Shown: piece by piece, positions 17,073 through 25,037 of the stretch | Numbering within the stretch: the stretch's first letter is position 1 | Layout of the letters: each line of letters begins with the position of its first letter | IMG/VR virus record: IMGVR_UViG_3300045988_170323 | Strand: one strand, 5' to 3' | Length of the DNA stretch: 34,880 bases | Source: a virus | Program-made: the position numbers and the translations under genes | Notes under the pieces: model-generated | What the model was told of the DNA's origin: nothing | Databases searched by the model: none | Seen by the model: only the letters and a program-made list of their open reading frames with translations

Positions 17073-17306
17073 TCACAATTCATCATTTAGTAACTCCCAA
17101 TCATCCGCAACCAAATCCGCTTGTGTAGGGTTCCAACATCTGCATGAGCGGGTTTCATCCTCTTTAAACACAATCAGTTTGCACCTTTCATAAGAATTAG
17201 TTGGTTGTACAGCTCCAAACACGGTATCCGACTTTGATATGATGCTTTTTCTTACCATTAGCCTTCCTTGCTCTGCTGCCAACTTTGCGGCTTCGCTTAT
17301 GTACAT
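17073..17306 (-). CDS. DUF2829-like small protein (the family that contains Thoeris anti-defence Tad2)
   Basis: The C-terminal CWNPTQADLVADDWELL resembles the family's W-x-P-x(3)-DLLAxDWE motif. The N-terminal ISEAAKLAAEQGRLMVRK also fits. Confidence 0.45.
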   Translation of the reverse strand: MYISEAAKLAAEQGRLMVRKSIISKSDTVFGAVQPTNSYERCKLIVFKEDETRSCRCWNPTQADLVADDWELLNDEL

Positions 17307-17370
17307 CTCTTACACCTCCTCTGTTTAAAATAAATAACACCATTGGCTATTGTTGTTATTTTCGCAACTT

Positions 17371-17583
17371 TTATTTTAAAAAAATTTGGTAGCCAATATT
17401 ATGTTTATCTTCAATTTTTTCCACTTCGCTTATGTAAAAATCCGAATATCCATTTACCTTTGCACCAACTGATGTTTCGGATATATTCAACGTTTTTGCT
17501 ATATCAGCATAAGTTAATCCGCGTTCTCTAAGTATTCCTTTAAACTTGTTATATGGTGCATGGATTATTTTTCTTTTACCCAT
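17371..17583 (-). CDS. Cro-like XRE-family HTH regulator
   Basis: MGKRKIIHAPYNKFKGILRERGLTYADIAKTLNISETSVGAKVNG. It has a GGAGGTGA RBS and is divergent from the repressor gene. Confidence 0.7.
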   Translation of the reverse strand: MGKRKIIHAPYNKFKGILRERGLTYADIAKTLNISETSVGAKVNGYSDFYISEVEKIEDKHNIGYQIFLK

Positions 17584-17599
17584 TTTGTTATCACCTCCC

Positions 17600-17751
17600 T
17601 GTTTCGTTTGCAATAACAAAATATCATACCAATGTTGCGTTGTCAATAACTTTTATTAAAAATATTATTGTTTGCAATAACTTTTCTTATTTTTAGCTTG
17701 TGTTTTCTTATGGCATATGATAACATTTTATTATAGAAAGGAGGTGCACAA
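17600..17751. promoter_or_regulatory. Divergent lysis-lysogeny switch region with three operator-like boxes TTG(T)CAATAAC
   Basis: tttgcaataac occurs at 17607-17617 and 17671-17681, and gttgtcaataac at 17639-17650. Two of the boxes continue as caataactttt. Confidence 0.55.
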
Positions 17752-18375
17752 GTGTTTGGAAAAAGACTTAAACAGATTAGAAAAGAACAGGGTTACACTC
17801 TTGACTCCTTAGCAAATGAATACAATAAAATATTTGATGCCGGATTAAATAAAGGAACCTTATCTAAATATGAAAATGAAAAACAAGAACCGATGATTTC
17901 AGTAGTTAATAATTTAGCAACATTGTTAAATATAAATACTGATTATTTACTTGGTAAAACTGATAATCCCAATAAAGAAAAAGGCATTCGCATACCAGTC
18001 CTTGGTTCAGTACCTGCTGGCGTTCCTATTGATGCCATAGAAGATATTATTGATTATGAAGAGATTGACTCCGTTACTGCCTCCAAAGGTGAATATTTTG
18101 GATTAAAAGTTAAAGGCAGCTCTATGGAACCAAGAATATGCGAAGGTGATATTCTTATCGTTAAACGCCAGGATGATTGCGAATCAGGAGATATTGCCAT
18201 CGTAATGGTTAATGGTAACGATGCAACTGTAAAACGCCTAATGAAATATGCCGATGGTATCCGGTTAATACCTAATAACCCAGCATATGAACCAATATAC
18301 TTTACTAACGAGGAAATTATAAGAAAACCAGTTAAAATAATTGGTAAGGTAATAGAGAACAGACAGAAATATTAA
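17752..18375 (+). CDS. CI/LexA-like repressor (XRE HTH plus S24 peptidase)
   Basis: An N-terminal HTH is followed by GSSMEP...VKRL (Ser/Lys dyad context). GTG start after AAAGGAGGTG. Confidence 0.85.
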   Translation: MFGKRLKQIRKEQGYTLDSLANEYNKIFDAGLNKGTLSKYENEKQEPMISVVNNLATLLNINTDYLLGKTDNPNKEKGIRIPVLGSVPAGVPIDAIEDIIDYEEIDSVTASKGEYFGLKVKGSSMEPRICEGDILIVKRQDDCESGDIAIVMVNGNDATVKRLMKYADGIRLIPNNPAYEPIYFTNEEIIRKPVKIIGKVIENRQKY

Positions 18376-18393
18376 ATTTAAGGGGATATAATT

Positions 18394-19707
18394 ATGAGAG
18401 AACAAAAAGGTACTAATTTATTAATTTTTCCAAACGATTATACAGTTATTGATATCGAAACAACTGGTTTATCACCAGAATATGATGAAATAATTGAAGT
18501 GTGTGCATTAAAATATCGAAGCAAAAAAATGATAGATAAATATACTACATTAGTAAAACCTGAATATCCTGTTGACGAATATATTACATTTTTAACAGGT
18601 ATCACTAATGATATGTTATCATCTGCTCCATCTCTTAAAGATATTATACATACATTATATAATTTTATTGGAAATGATATTATAGTTGGTCATTCTGTCA
18701 ATTTTGATATCAACTTTATATATGATGCTTGCAATCAATATTTATCCGAACCTCTTACCAATGATTTTGTTGATACTTTAAGACTTGCAAGACTATTACA
18801 TAATGAAGAACATAATAGATTAAAAGACTTATGTATAAAATACAATTTATCATATGATAATGCACATAGAGCTGAATTTGATTGTTTAGTCACCAATGAG
18901 ATATTGTCTATATTTAACAATGAATTTATTGAAAATTATGGAGAAAATGAAACAATTAGTAACATATTTAGAAGATATGAAAATGGCAAATTAATTCCAA
19001 TAAAAGCCGCAGATATTTCAACGGATAAAACTGAATTTGATATAGATAATCCTATTTATGGAAAAACTGTTGTATTTACTGGTGCTTTAGAGAAAATGGT
19101 TAGAAAAGATGCTATGCAAATGGTTGCTGATTATGGTGGTATAAATGGTGATAATGTAACAAAAAACACTAATTATTTAGTACTTGGCAATAATGACTAT
19201 CACAATTCAATTAAAAATGGTAAAAGTAGTAAACAAAAAAAGGCAGAAAATTATAAACTTAAGGGATATGACATTGAAATAATACCAGAAAATGTATTTT
19301 ATGATATGGTTGATATTCCATCATCTGAGCCTGTTCCCACATATAACAATGACAATATATATAAACAGAGCTTATCGCTTAGTGATAGAGAAATATCTGT
19401 CATAGATGTTGTTAAATCATATCTTTCAACTTCACCTGACTTTTCTGCTTTTGGAGTAGACGTTAGAAGTGACAACTATATAACCTTGTTGTGCGGAAAT
19501 AACGATTTTATGAGGTTTAAATACTCTCCTCGCGTTTTTTGGATATCCTTAAGATTACCTTATGATGTAGCAAAAGCAAACATTGATAATCCCTTATTTG
19601 CAGCTCAACAAAATAAAAAACAAGCTCATTGGAAAGCCGCTTTAACATCTTTTGAAGAAATAGAAAAATTAAAGGATTTTATTATATTATCATTTATTAA
19701 TGATTAA
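18394..19707 (+). CDS. DEDDh (DnaQ-like) 3'-5' exonuclease, BRCT domain and an unknown 130-aa C-terminal domain
   Basis: ExoI is VIDIETTGL..DEIIE, ExoII is GHSVNFDINFI and ExoIII is HRAEFDCLVT. The BRCT-like stretch is GKTVVFTGALEKMVRKDAMQMVADYGGINGDNVTKNTNYLVLG. Confidence 0.75.
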   Translation: MREQKGTNLLIFPNDYTVIDIETTGLSPEYDEIIEVCALKYRSKKMIDKYTTLVKPEYPVDEYITFLTGITNDMLSSAPSLKDIIHTLYNFIGNDIIVGHSVNFDINFIYDACNQYLSEPLTNDFVDTLRLARLLHNEEHNRLKDLCIKYNLSYDNAHRAEFDCLVTNEILSIFNNEFIENYGENETISNIFRRYENGKLIPIKAADISTDKTEFDIDNPIYGKTVVFTGALEKMVRKDAMQMVADYGGINGDNVTKNTNYLVLGNNDYHNSIKNGKSSKQKKAENYKLKGYDIEIIPENVFYDMVDIPSSEPVPTYNNDNIYKQSLSLSDREISVIDVVKSYLSTSPDFSAFGVDVRSDNYITLLCGNNDFMRFKYSPRVFWISLRLPYDVAKANIDNPLFAAQQNKKQAHWKAALTSFEEIEKLKDFIILSFIND

Positions 19708-19718
19708 ACTTTTCTACA

Positions 19719-19858
19719 ATGAAATATGCCGATGATATTCGGTTAATACCTAATAATCTAATCAGGCATACAAACCAATGTACTTTACCAATAAAGAAAT
19801 TATAAGCAAACCAGCTAAAACAATTGGTAAGGTAATAGAAAACAGACAGAAATATTAA
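19719..19858 (+). pseudogene. Degenerate second copy of the 3' end of the repressor gene (compare 18241-18375)
   Basis: atgaaatatgccgatg(g/a)tat(c/t)cggttaatacctaataa...attggtaaggtaatagaRaacagacagaaatattaa aligns by eye. The second copy carries indels and mismatches. Confidence 0.8.
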
Positions 19859-19878
19859 TTAACTTAACATAATAATAT

Positions 19879-20730
19879 ATGGAGGTACTTAACTTGAGCT
19901 TACCAATAGATAAAGACATTGTTATAAAACATAAAAAGAATGCAATAAAAGAATTGAATAATCTTTTTGAACACTACATAAACGAACCATCTGGAAAATA
20001 TTTAAAAAAAGCCAATCTATTAGCCTATTGGTTCGAAACATATGTTAAATATATCAGAAATGAAGAACGTTATGATCCTAAAAAGCAAATTCGTTATAAC
20101 AGAGGTGACGTTATAAAAGTTAACTTTGGATTTAACATTGGAAAAGAATATGGTGGCTTACATTATGCAATAGTCCTTGACAAAAACAATCACTTAAGTG
20201 CTAATGTCGTAACTGTTGTTCCTCTTACATCTGGAACAGAATCTGAAACTTATAATACGGATGTGTATCTAGGTTCTGAACTTTTTAGCAAATTAGATGC
20301 ACGACATGCCTATATGCTTGAAAAAGCCCATAAGGATTTAGATGAATGTAGTAAAATAAAAGATTCCATTGATTCTACTAATTCTGTCATTGAAAAAATA
20401 ATTTCTAATGACACCAATTCTCAAAGTGAATATGATGACGAAATTGCTGCAACTTTAGCTGATAACTTAAGCATACTAACAGATAAACATAGTGAATTCA
20501 CACAAAAAATCGAACAAACAAATCAGGATATACAATTCCTTGAAAAAAGCCGACAAGAAATAGCAAAGCTAAAATCTGGAAGTATAGCTTTAATTGGTCA
20601 GATAACTACAATTGATAAATCCAGAATATACACACCAAGAAAATCAACAGATGTATTATATGGTATTAAATTTTCTGATGAAAAAATGAATGCTATAAAT
20701 GAAGCAATAAAAGCAAAAATCATCTTTTAA
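19879..20730 (+). CDS. MazF/PemK-fold protein with an N-terminal extension and a roughly 100-aa coiled-coil insertion
   Basis: RGDVIKVNFGFNIGKEYGGLHYAIVLDKNN...VVTVVPLTS is the N-half of the fold. After the coiled-coil insert, GSIALIGQITTIDKSRI...MNAINEAIKAKI is the C-half. The TTG at 19894 after GGAGGT is an alternative start. Confidence 0.6.
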   Translation: MEVLNLSLPIDKDIVIKHKKNAIKELNNLFEHYINEPSGKYLKKANLLAYWFETYVKYIRNEERYDPKKQIRYNRGDVIKVNFGFNIGKEYGGLHYAIVLDKNNHLSANVVTVVPLTSGTESETYNTDVYLGSELFSKLDARHAYMLEKAHKDLDECSKIKDSIDSTNSVIEKIISNDTNSQSEYDDEIAATLADNLSILTDKHSEFTQKIEQTNQDIQFLEKSRQEIAKLKSGSIALIGQITTIDKSRIYTPRKSTDVLYGIKFSDEKMNAINEAIKAKIIF

Positions 20731-20784
20731 GTTTAATTACGTTTAAATGCATTTATTTTAGTACATACAATTTTAAAATTTATA

Positions 20785-20813
20785 TTGACTGTGATGGTTT
20801 TTCATAATATAAT
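20785..20813 (+). promoter_or_regulatory. Consensus sigma-70-type promoter (TTGACT, 17 nt spacer, TATAAT)
   Basis: Read directly: ttgact gtgatggtttttcataa tataat. Confidence 0.6.
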
Positions 20814-20819
20814 AATTGA

Positions 20820-20957
20820 GCAAAGAGATTTATTTCTTAGCAATCCTGCCTATAGGGCATTAAAGAAGATTATTTTTATTTAGGAAAGACCTTCGCAGTA
20901 ATGCGGAGGTCTTATACGTTATAAGGAACCTCGCATTGATATGAGGTTCCTTTTTTA
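20820..20957 (+). ncRNA. Candidate small RNA of about 140 nt (promoter to intrinsic terminator, no ORF)
   Basis: Internal hairpin aagaccttcgc/gcggaggtctt (20886-20913). Terminator aggaacctc-N10-gaggttcct followed by T6 (20924-20957). Confidence 0.4.
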
Positions 20958-21111
20958 TTGCTACAAAGCTCACTGCGCAACAATTTCAGAAAAAGGCGGC
21001 ATTTCTAATTTATCATTCAATTAGAACAACTGTTCTGAATTTTATTGCAATAAAACATTAATCATAGTAAAATATTACCATATAATAAAAAAGGACGGAG
21101 TGATATATACA

Positions 21112-21480
21112 ATGTGTTCAATACTATTATCAATCAATCCCATTCATGTCGAAAATATAATGAATGGAACAAAATTATATGAATTCAGAAAAAAAGCGTG
21201 TAAACAACATGTTGATAGAATTGTAATATACTCTACTACCCCTATTAAAAAAGTGGTCGGTGAAGCTGAAGTTGAGGATGTTCTAATTGATAATCCTCAA
21301 ATAATATGGAATATTACACATGAATACTCAGGTATTAACAAAACATTTTTTGATAGATATTATAATAACAGCGAACAAGCAGTCGCTTATAAATTAAAAA
21401 ACGTTATTAAATACCAGGAACCAAAAGATTTGAAATCCTATGGTATAAATAATGCACCTCAGTCATTCCAATATATTTAG
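21112..21480 (+). CDS. ASCH (PUA-like) domain protein
   Basis: ILLSINPIHVENIMNGTKLYEFRKK...VIYSTTPIKKVVGEAEVEDVL...AYKLKNVIKYQEP...APQSFQYI matches the pattern I remember for this family. Confidence 0.6.
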   Translation: MCSILLSINPIHVENIMNGTKLYEFRKKACKQHVDRIVIYSTTPIKKVVGEAEVEDVLIDNPQIIWNITHEYSGINKTFFDRYYNNSEQAVAYKLKNVIKYQEPKDLKSYGINNAPQSFQYI

Positions 21481-21566
21481 CTCCTGAGATAACTTTTTAT
21501 TTGACTTAATAACACTATTATATTATTATATATCTTAAGAAGATATGGCTAACTTGTTTGGCTGTG

Positions 21567-21607
21567 AATAGAGGACTTGAGATATATGACATCTCAGGTC
21601 CTCTATT
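21567..21607 (+). terminator. 17-bp stem hairpin after the ASCH gene
   Basis: aatagaggacttgagat / atctcaggtcctctatt, with one G-U pair. Confidence 0.55.
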
Positions 21608-21822
21608 TGCATTATATAAATAAAAGCCCCTGTGCTACCAACACAAGAGCTTTTACCACGATACTTACATAAGCTGTGCCTATGATATAATACCGCCCTG
21701 AACAAGCTGTATTATATCATTTCTGACACCGCTTTTGCAAGTAGGTGTTATTTTTATACTCTGATTTATTAAATTAATGAATAACATAACTTAATTCAGA
21801 TGAAGAAAGAAGGAATGATAAT

Positions 21823-22893
21823 ATGAAATTAGCTAATGGAATGGGTAGCGTATATAAGCTATCTGGAAGAAGACGTAAACCATGGGTTGCTCGTAAAACA
21901 AAAGGCTGGGATATTGATGAAAAAACTGGAAAAACCAAACAGCTCTACATGACTATTGGATATTTTCCCACAAGACAGGAAGCTCTTACTGCTCTTATTA
22001 ATTACAATGAAAACCCATATGATATAGAAATCAATAACATAACATTTGAGGAAGTATACGAGAAATGGAGCTCTGAACATTTTCTAAAAATATCTCAAAG
22101 TGGTGTAAGAAGTTGGATAAGTGCTTTTAATCATTCCAAACCGCTTCACAAGATGCGTATGAAAGATATCCGGGCTAATCATCTTGAAGGAACAATACAT
22201 AATGCTAATGTTGGTGAAGCTACCAAACAACGTATGAAAAGCTTATATAATCTTATGTATCGATATTGTCTGAAAAATGATATCGTTGATAAAAATTATG
22301 CAGCCCTTTGTGAAAGTGTATCACGTGGAGAAACCAAAATAAAGCGTGTACCATTCTCTGATGAGGAGATAATGAAGCTGTGGGATAACATAACATATCC
22401 ATTCACTGATATGGTTTTAATAGGCATATACAGCGGTTGGAGGCCTCAGGAGCTGGCTATTCTTAAGATAGCTGATATAGATTTAGATAACTGGTCCTTC
22501 ACCGGCGGTCTGAAAACCGATGCTGGCCGTAATCGTACTATACCTATTCATCCAGCCATCCAGAAGCTTGTTAAACAGAATTATGATAAAGCCATACAAA
22601 TGCATAGTGTTTATCTGTTTAATGATCAAAATGGACAACAAGGTACTCATCTTACTTATGACAAATATCGTGGTCGCTTTAATAAAGTTATGATGAAGCT
22701 TAACCTGAAGCATAAACCACATGATACAAGACATACATTTATCAATGCTGCTAAAGCAGCTAATATGAACGAATATGTATTAAAGATAATCGTTGGCCAC
22801 GTTATAGAAGATGTTACAGAAGCTGTATATACCCACAGAACTGTAGATCAACTTCGTGAAGAACTTATTAAAATCGACCTTCCTAATCCATAA
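21823..22893 (+). CDS. int: Phage integrase (tyrosine recombinase, full length with N-terminal domains)
   Basis: 356 aa. The catalytic motifs GWRPQEL (R), HDTRHTF (HxxR) and GHVIEDVTEAVYTH (H...Y) are present. Confidence 0.9.
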   Translation: MKLANGMGSVYKLSGRRRKPWVARKTKGWDIDEKTGKTKQLYMTIGYFPTRQEALTALINYNENPYDIEINNITFEEVYEKWSSEHFLKISQSGVRSWISAFNHSKPLHKMRMKDIRANHLEGTIHNANVGEATKQRMKSLYNLMYRYCLKNDIVDKNYAALCESVSRGETKIKRVPFSDEEIMKLWDNITYPFTDMVLIGIYSGWRPQELAILKIADIDLDNWSFTGGLKTDAGRNRTIPIHPAIQKLVKQNYDKAIQMHSVYLFNDQNGQQGTHLTYDKYRGRFNKVMMKLNLKHKPHDTRHTFINAAKAANMNEYVLKIIVGHVIEDVTEAVYTHRTVDQLREELIKIDLPNP

Positions 22894-22905
22894 TATAATA
22901 TCAAA

Positions 22906-22944
22906 ACAGACTGCTGATTATCACATACTGCAGTCTGTTTTTTG
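22906..22944 (+). terminator. Rho-independent terminator after int
   Basis: Stem acagactgc / gcagtctgt followed by a T-run. Confidence 0.6.
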
Positions 22945-22998
22945 TTAGTTATGTGTTAGTTACGTCTGTTAGTTACCTGTTAGTTACTTGTTAGTTAC
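22943..22998. repeat. Five tandem TGTTAGTTA(C/T) boxes at 11-13 bp spacing; candidate integrase arm-type sites
   Basis: Box starts at 22943, 22954, 22967, 22978 and 22989. Confidence 0.6.
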
Positions 22999-23060
22999 GT
23001 CTATAAATTCACGTTATTTCATACATTTTCAAAACATTTTTATTTTAATTGTATATAATA

Positions 23061-23096
23061 CAAAAACCGCCGCAATCCCAGTGATTACGGCGGTTT
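23061..23096 (-). terminator. Rho-independent terminator reading on the minus strand
   Basis: Stem aaccgccg / cggcggtt, followed on the minus strand by TTTTTG. Confidence 0.55.
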
Positions 23097-23120
23097 AACG
23101 CATTTAACTTATTAAATTAA

Positions 23121-23183
23121 TTAGAACTTACCTTCATCAGCAGCCTGCTGTACAGAAACAGCAAGTTGCTTATTTACTGGTAT
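23121..23183 (-). other. Startless 20-codon open frame (IPVNKQLAVSVQQAADEGKF*) followed by a terminator; possible host-gene 3'-end mimic in the attP core
   Basis: My own translation. It is bounded upstream by a TAA and lies between two groups of TGTTAGTTAC boxes. Confidence 0.3.
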
Positions 23184-23195
23184 TTAGCATAATAT

Positions 23196-23216
23196 TGTTA
23201 GTTACGTGCTAATTAC
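23196..23216. repeat. Additional TGTTAGTTAC box plus a degenerate tgctaattac box (candidate second arm of attP)
   Basis: tgttagttacgtgctaattac read directly. Confidence 0.45.
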
Positions 23217-23335
23217 ATATCTGTTTTTCTACTACCTAATAGTGTTCCAACAATATAAATATTATAAATCATTTTTATGTGTATAGTGTGTATTTTTATT
23301 ATGATATGAAAAGAGTTTCTTCCTTATTATATATG

Positions 23336-24469
23336 TCAGACTTTTTCAATGTTATGTACATCTATCGCACTTGTTACAGTATTGCCAATACCAATAACAG
23401 CTCGGTTTCCATTAACCTGGATAACATCATATTCATCATAATAAAGATTAAATACTCTATCTGTATCATAATCAACATTAAGAAGCACTCTTACCTTATC
23501 ACCGGCTTTTATGTCGGATATGTCAGTTTCAGATTCTTCATTGCTTTCACTGTCGCCTGCTGATACAATACATCCATCATTAACCCAACCTGTTCCGTCA
23601 TTAATAAGATATGGATTGGAAGCCCAGGGAATAACCCTTGTTATCGTTCCACCTGTGAATCCGCTTGATGGTGTAAGTGCATCTTCTGATGTAGATGAGG
23701 CATATATTGCATTATATTCAACATAATCTCCTATCTCATGCTGCAGCTGCTCTGTATCTGTCTCATCAGAACCGGCATTATTATCTTCATCAGCATTATC
23801 ATTATCTTCAACACCATCATTCCTGTGATCATACTCATTGGCTTTTGTAAGTCTGTCGAAAACTTCATCATACATTATGTCAAAATCTACCCTTGTACCA
23901 TCATTAAGATAATAGTCGCTGCTTTCCTGTGACATTGCAAACCTGTCTTCACATATCTCACCGTCATCATTCCAATGCGCTTCCCAGATAAGAGCGCCAT
24001 GCTCTATAAGCTCATCTACGTTCATATAATCGTCAAGCCAGCTATGACTTGCGTAGATACCTTTTGCTGTGATATCTGATAATGCATCAAGCCATGTAAG
24101 TGCGAGCTCCTGCGTATAATGATAATCGATGCCATGTTCAGCCTTATATCCGTCTGCATCCTCTATGTCGAGATATAATCCCATTGTCGGATTACACTTA
24201 TTGTACCATTCTCTTATATGAGCAGCTTCACTTAATGATTCATCATTGTTGCAAGCATACTGATAAATATATAATCCGTATGGGATACCCCTCTTCTCAC
24301 ACTCATCTATATATGTCTGTGCCATGCTGTCGCACTGTCCGCACTCACTGTCATCCTCGCTTAAGTCATTGCCGTAAGCGCAGCGGATGATAACATAATC
24401 AAAGTTAGCTGCAATGTAATCAAAATCAAGTTCTCCCTGGTGTCTGCTTATGTCTATTCCTCTTTTCAT
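23336..24469 (-). CDS. Endolysin: GH25 muramidase, acidic linker and two SH3-like wall-binding repeats
   Basis: MKRGIDISRHQGELDFDYIAANFDYVIIRCAYG... The ATG at 24469 has a GAGGA RBS. The track's 28-aa upstream extension is rejected. Confidence 0.75.
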   Translation of the reverse strand: MKRGIDISRHQGELDFDYIAANFDYVIIRCAYGNDLSEDDSECGQCDSMAQTYIDECEKRGIPYGLYIYQYACNNDESLSEAAHIREWYNKCNPTMGLYLDIEDADGYKAEHGIDYHYTQELALTWLDALSDITAKGIYASHSWLDDYMNVDELIEHGALIWEAHWNDDGEICEDRFAMSQESSDYYLNDGTRVDFDIMYDEVFDRLTKANEYDHRNDGVEDNDNADEDNNAGSDETDTEQLQHEIGDYVEYNAIYASSTSEDALTPSSGFTGGTITRVIPWASNPYLINDGTGWVNDGCIVSAGDSESNEESETDISDIKAGDKVRVLLNVDYDTDRVFNLYYDEYDVIQVNGNRAVIGIGNTVTSAIDVHNIEKV

Positions 24470-24552
24470 AATCTTATTCCTCGCTTTCTTTTTATATATT
24501 TTCGCTATGTGCGCATAAAAATAGCACACATAGCGATTACTACATGTGCTCA

Positions 24553-25035
24553 TTAGTTAATATATGTTTTATTGTTACTTACCTCTGGTACTGCCTTGTC
24601 CTCTGCAAGCTCATCATCATCTGGAAGCTCATCTGTATATTTACTTAGAAACGTCTTTACGTATAACCATAATTTCTTAACAGGTAAACCGCATAATGCC
24701 ATATTTTTTAATATACTTACAGTTTCATATGCTATATAGAGCAATGCAATAAATCCTGAGATTCCGATACTATTTCCGATATGCTGTCTTATTTCCTCCG
24801 GTAGGAATCCAATCATATTAAAACCTGTTATGTAATCTACAATTACAAGTAGCATTATTGATATAACCATTGCACACTTTCTTATTGCGCCATCGATGCC
24901 AAAGCAGCTGTTAAACTTGTGTTCTTTAACTGATCTTAATACTCCAAATATTGTATCAATAATTACTGCTATAATAACCAACTGAATCAACTTATTATGT
25001 GCGGCCGCTATATATATTTCTCTCATTGTCATCAT
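24553..25035 (-). CDS. Holin (Phage_holin_4/TcdE-like, multi-TM)
   Basis: Three or four hydrophobic helices with an acidic C-terminus DELPDDDELAEDK. It lies directly upstream of the endolysin gene. Confidence 0.65.
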   Translation of the reverse strand: MMTMREIYIAAAHNKLIQLVIIAVIIDTIFGVLRSVKEHKFNSCFGIDGAIRKCAMVISIMLLVIVDYITGFNMIGFLPEEIRQHIGNSIGISGFIALLYIAYETVSILKNMALCGLPVKKLWLYVKTFLSKYTDELPDDDELAEDKAVPEVSNNKTYIN

Positions 25036-25037
25036 AA

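Noticed and set aside
23279-24390. + strand ORFs overlapping the endolysin gene, and the 28-aa N-terminal extension of the endolysin ORF
   Set aside because: The + strand ORFs are shadow ORFs. The endolysin's GH25 domain starts at MKRGIDISRHQG, with a GAGGA RBS in front of the ATG at 24469.
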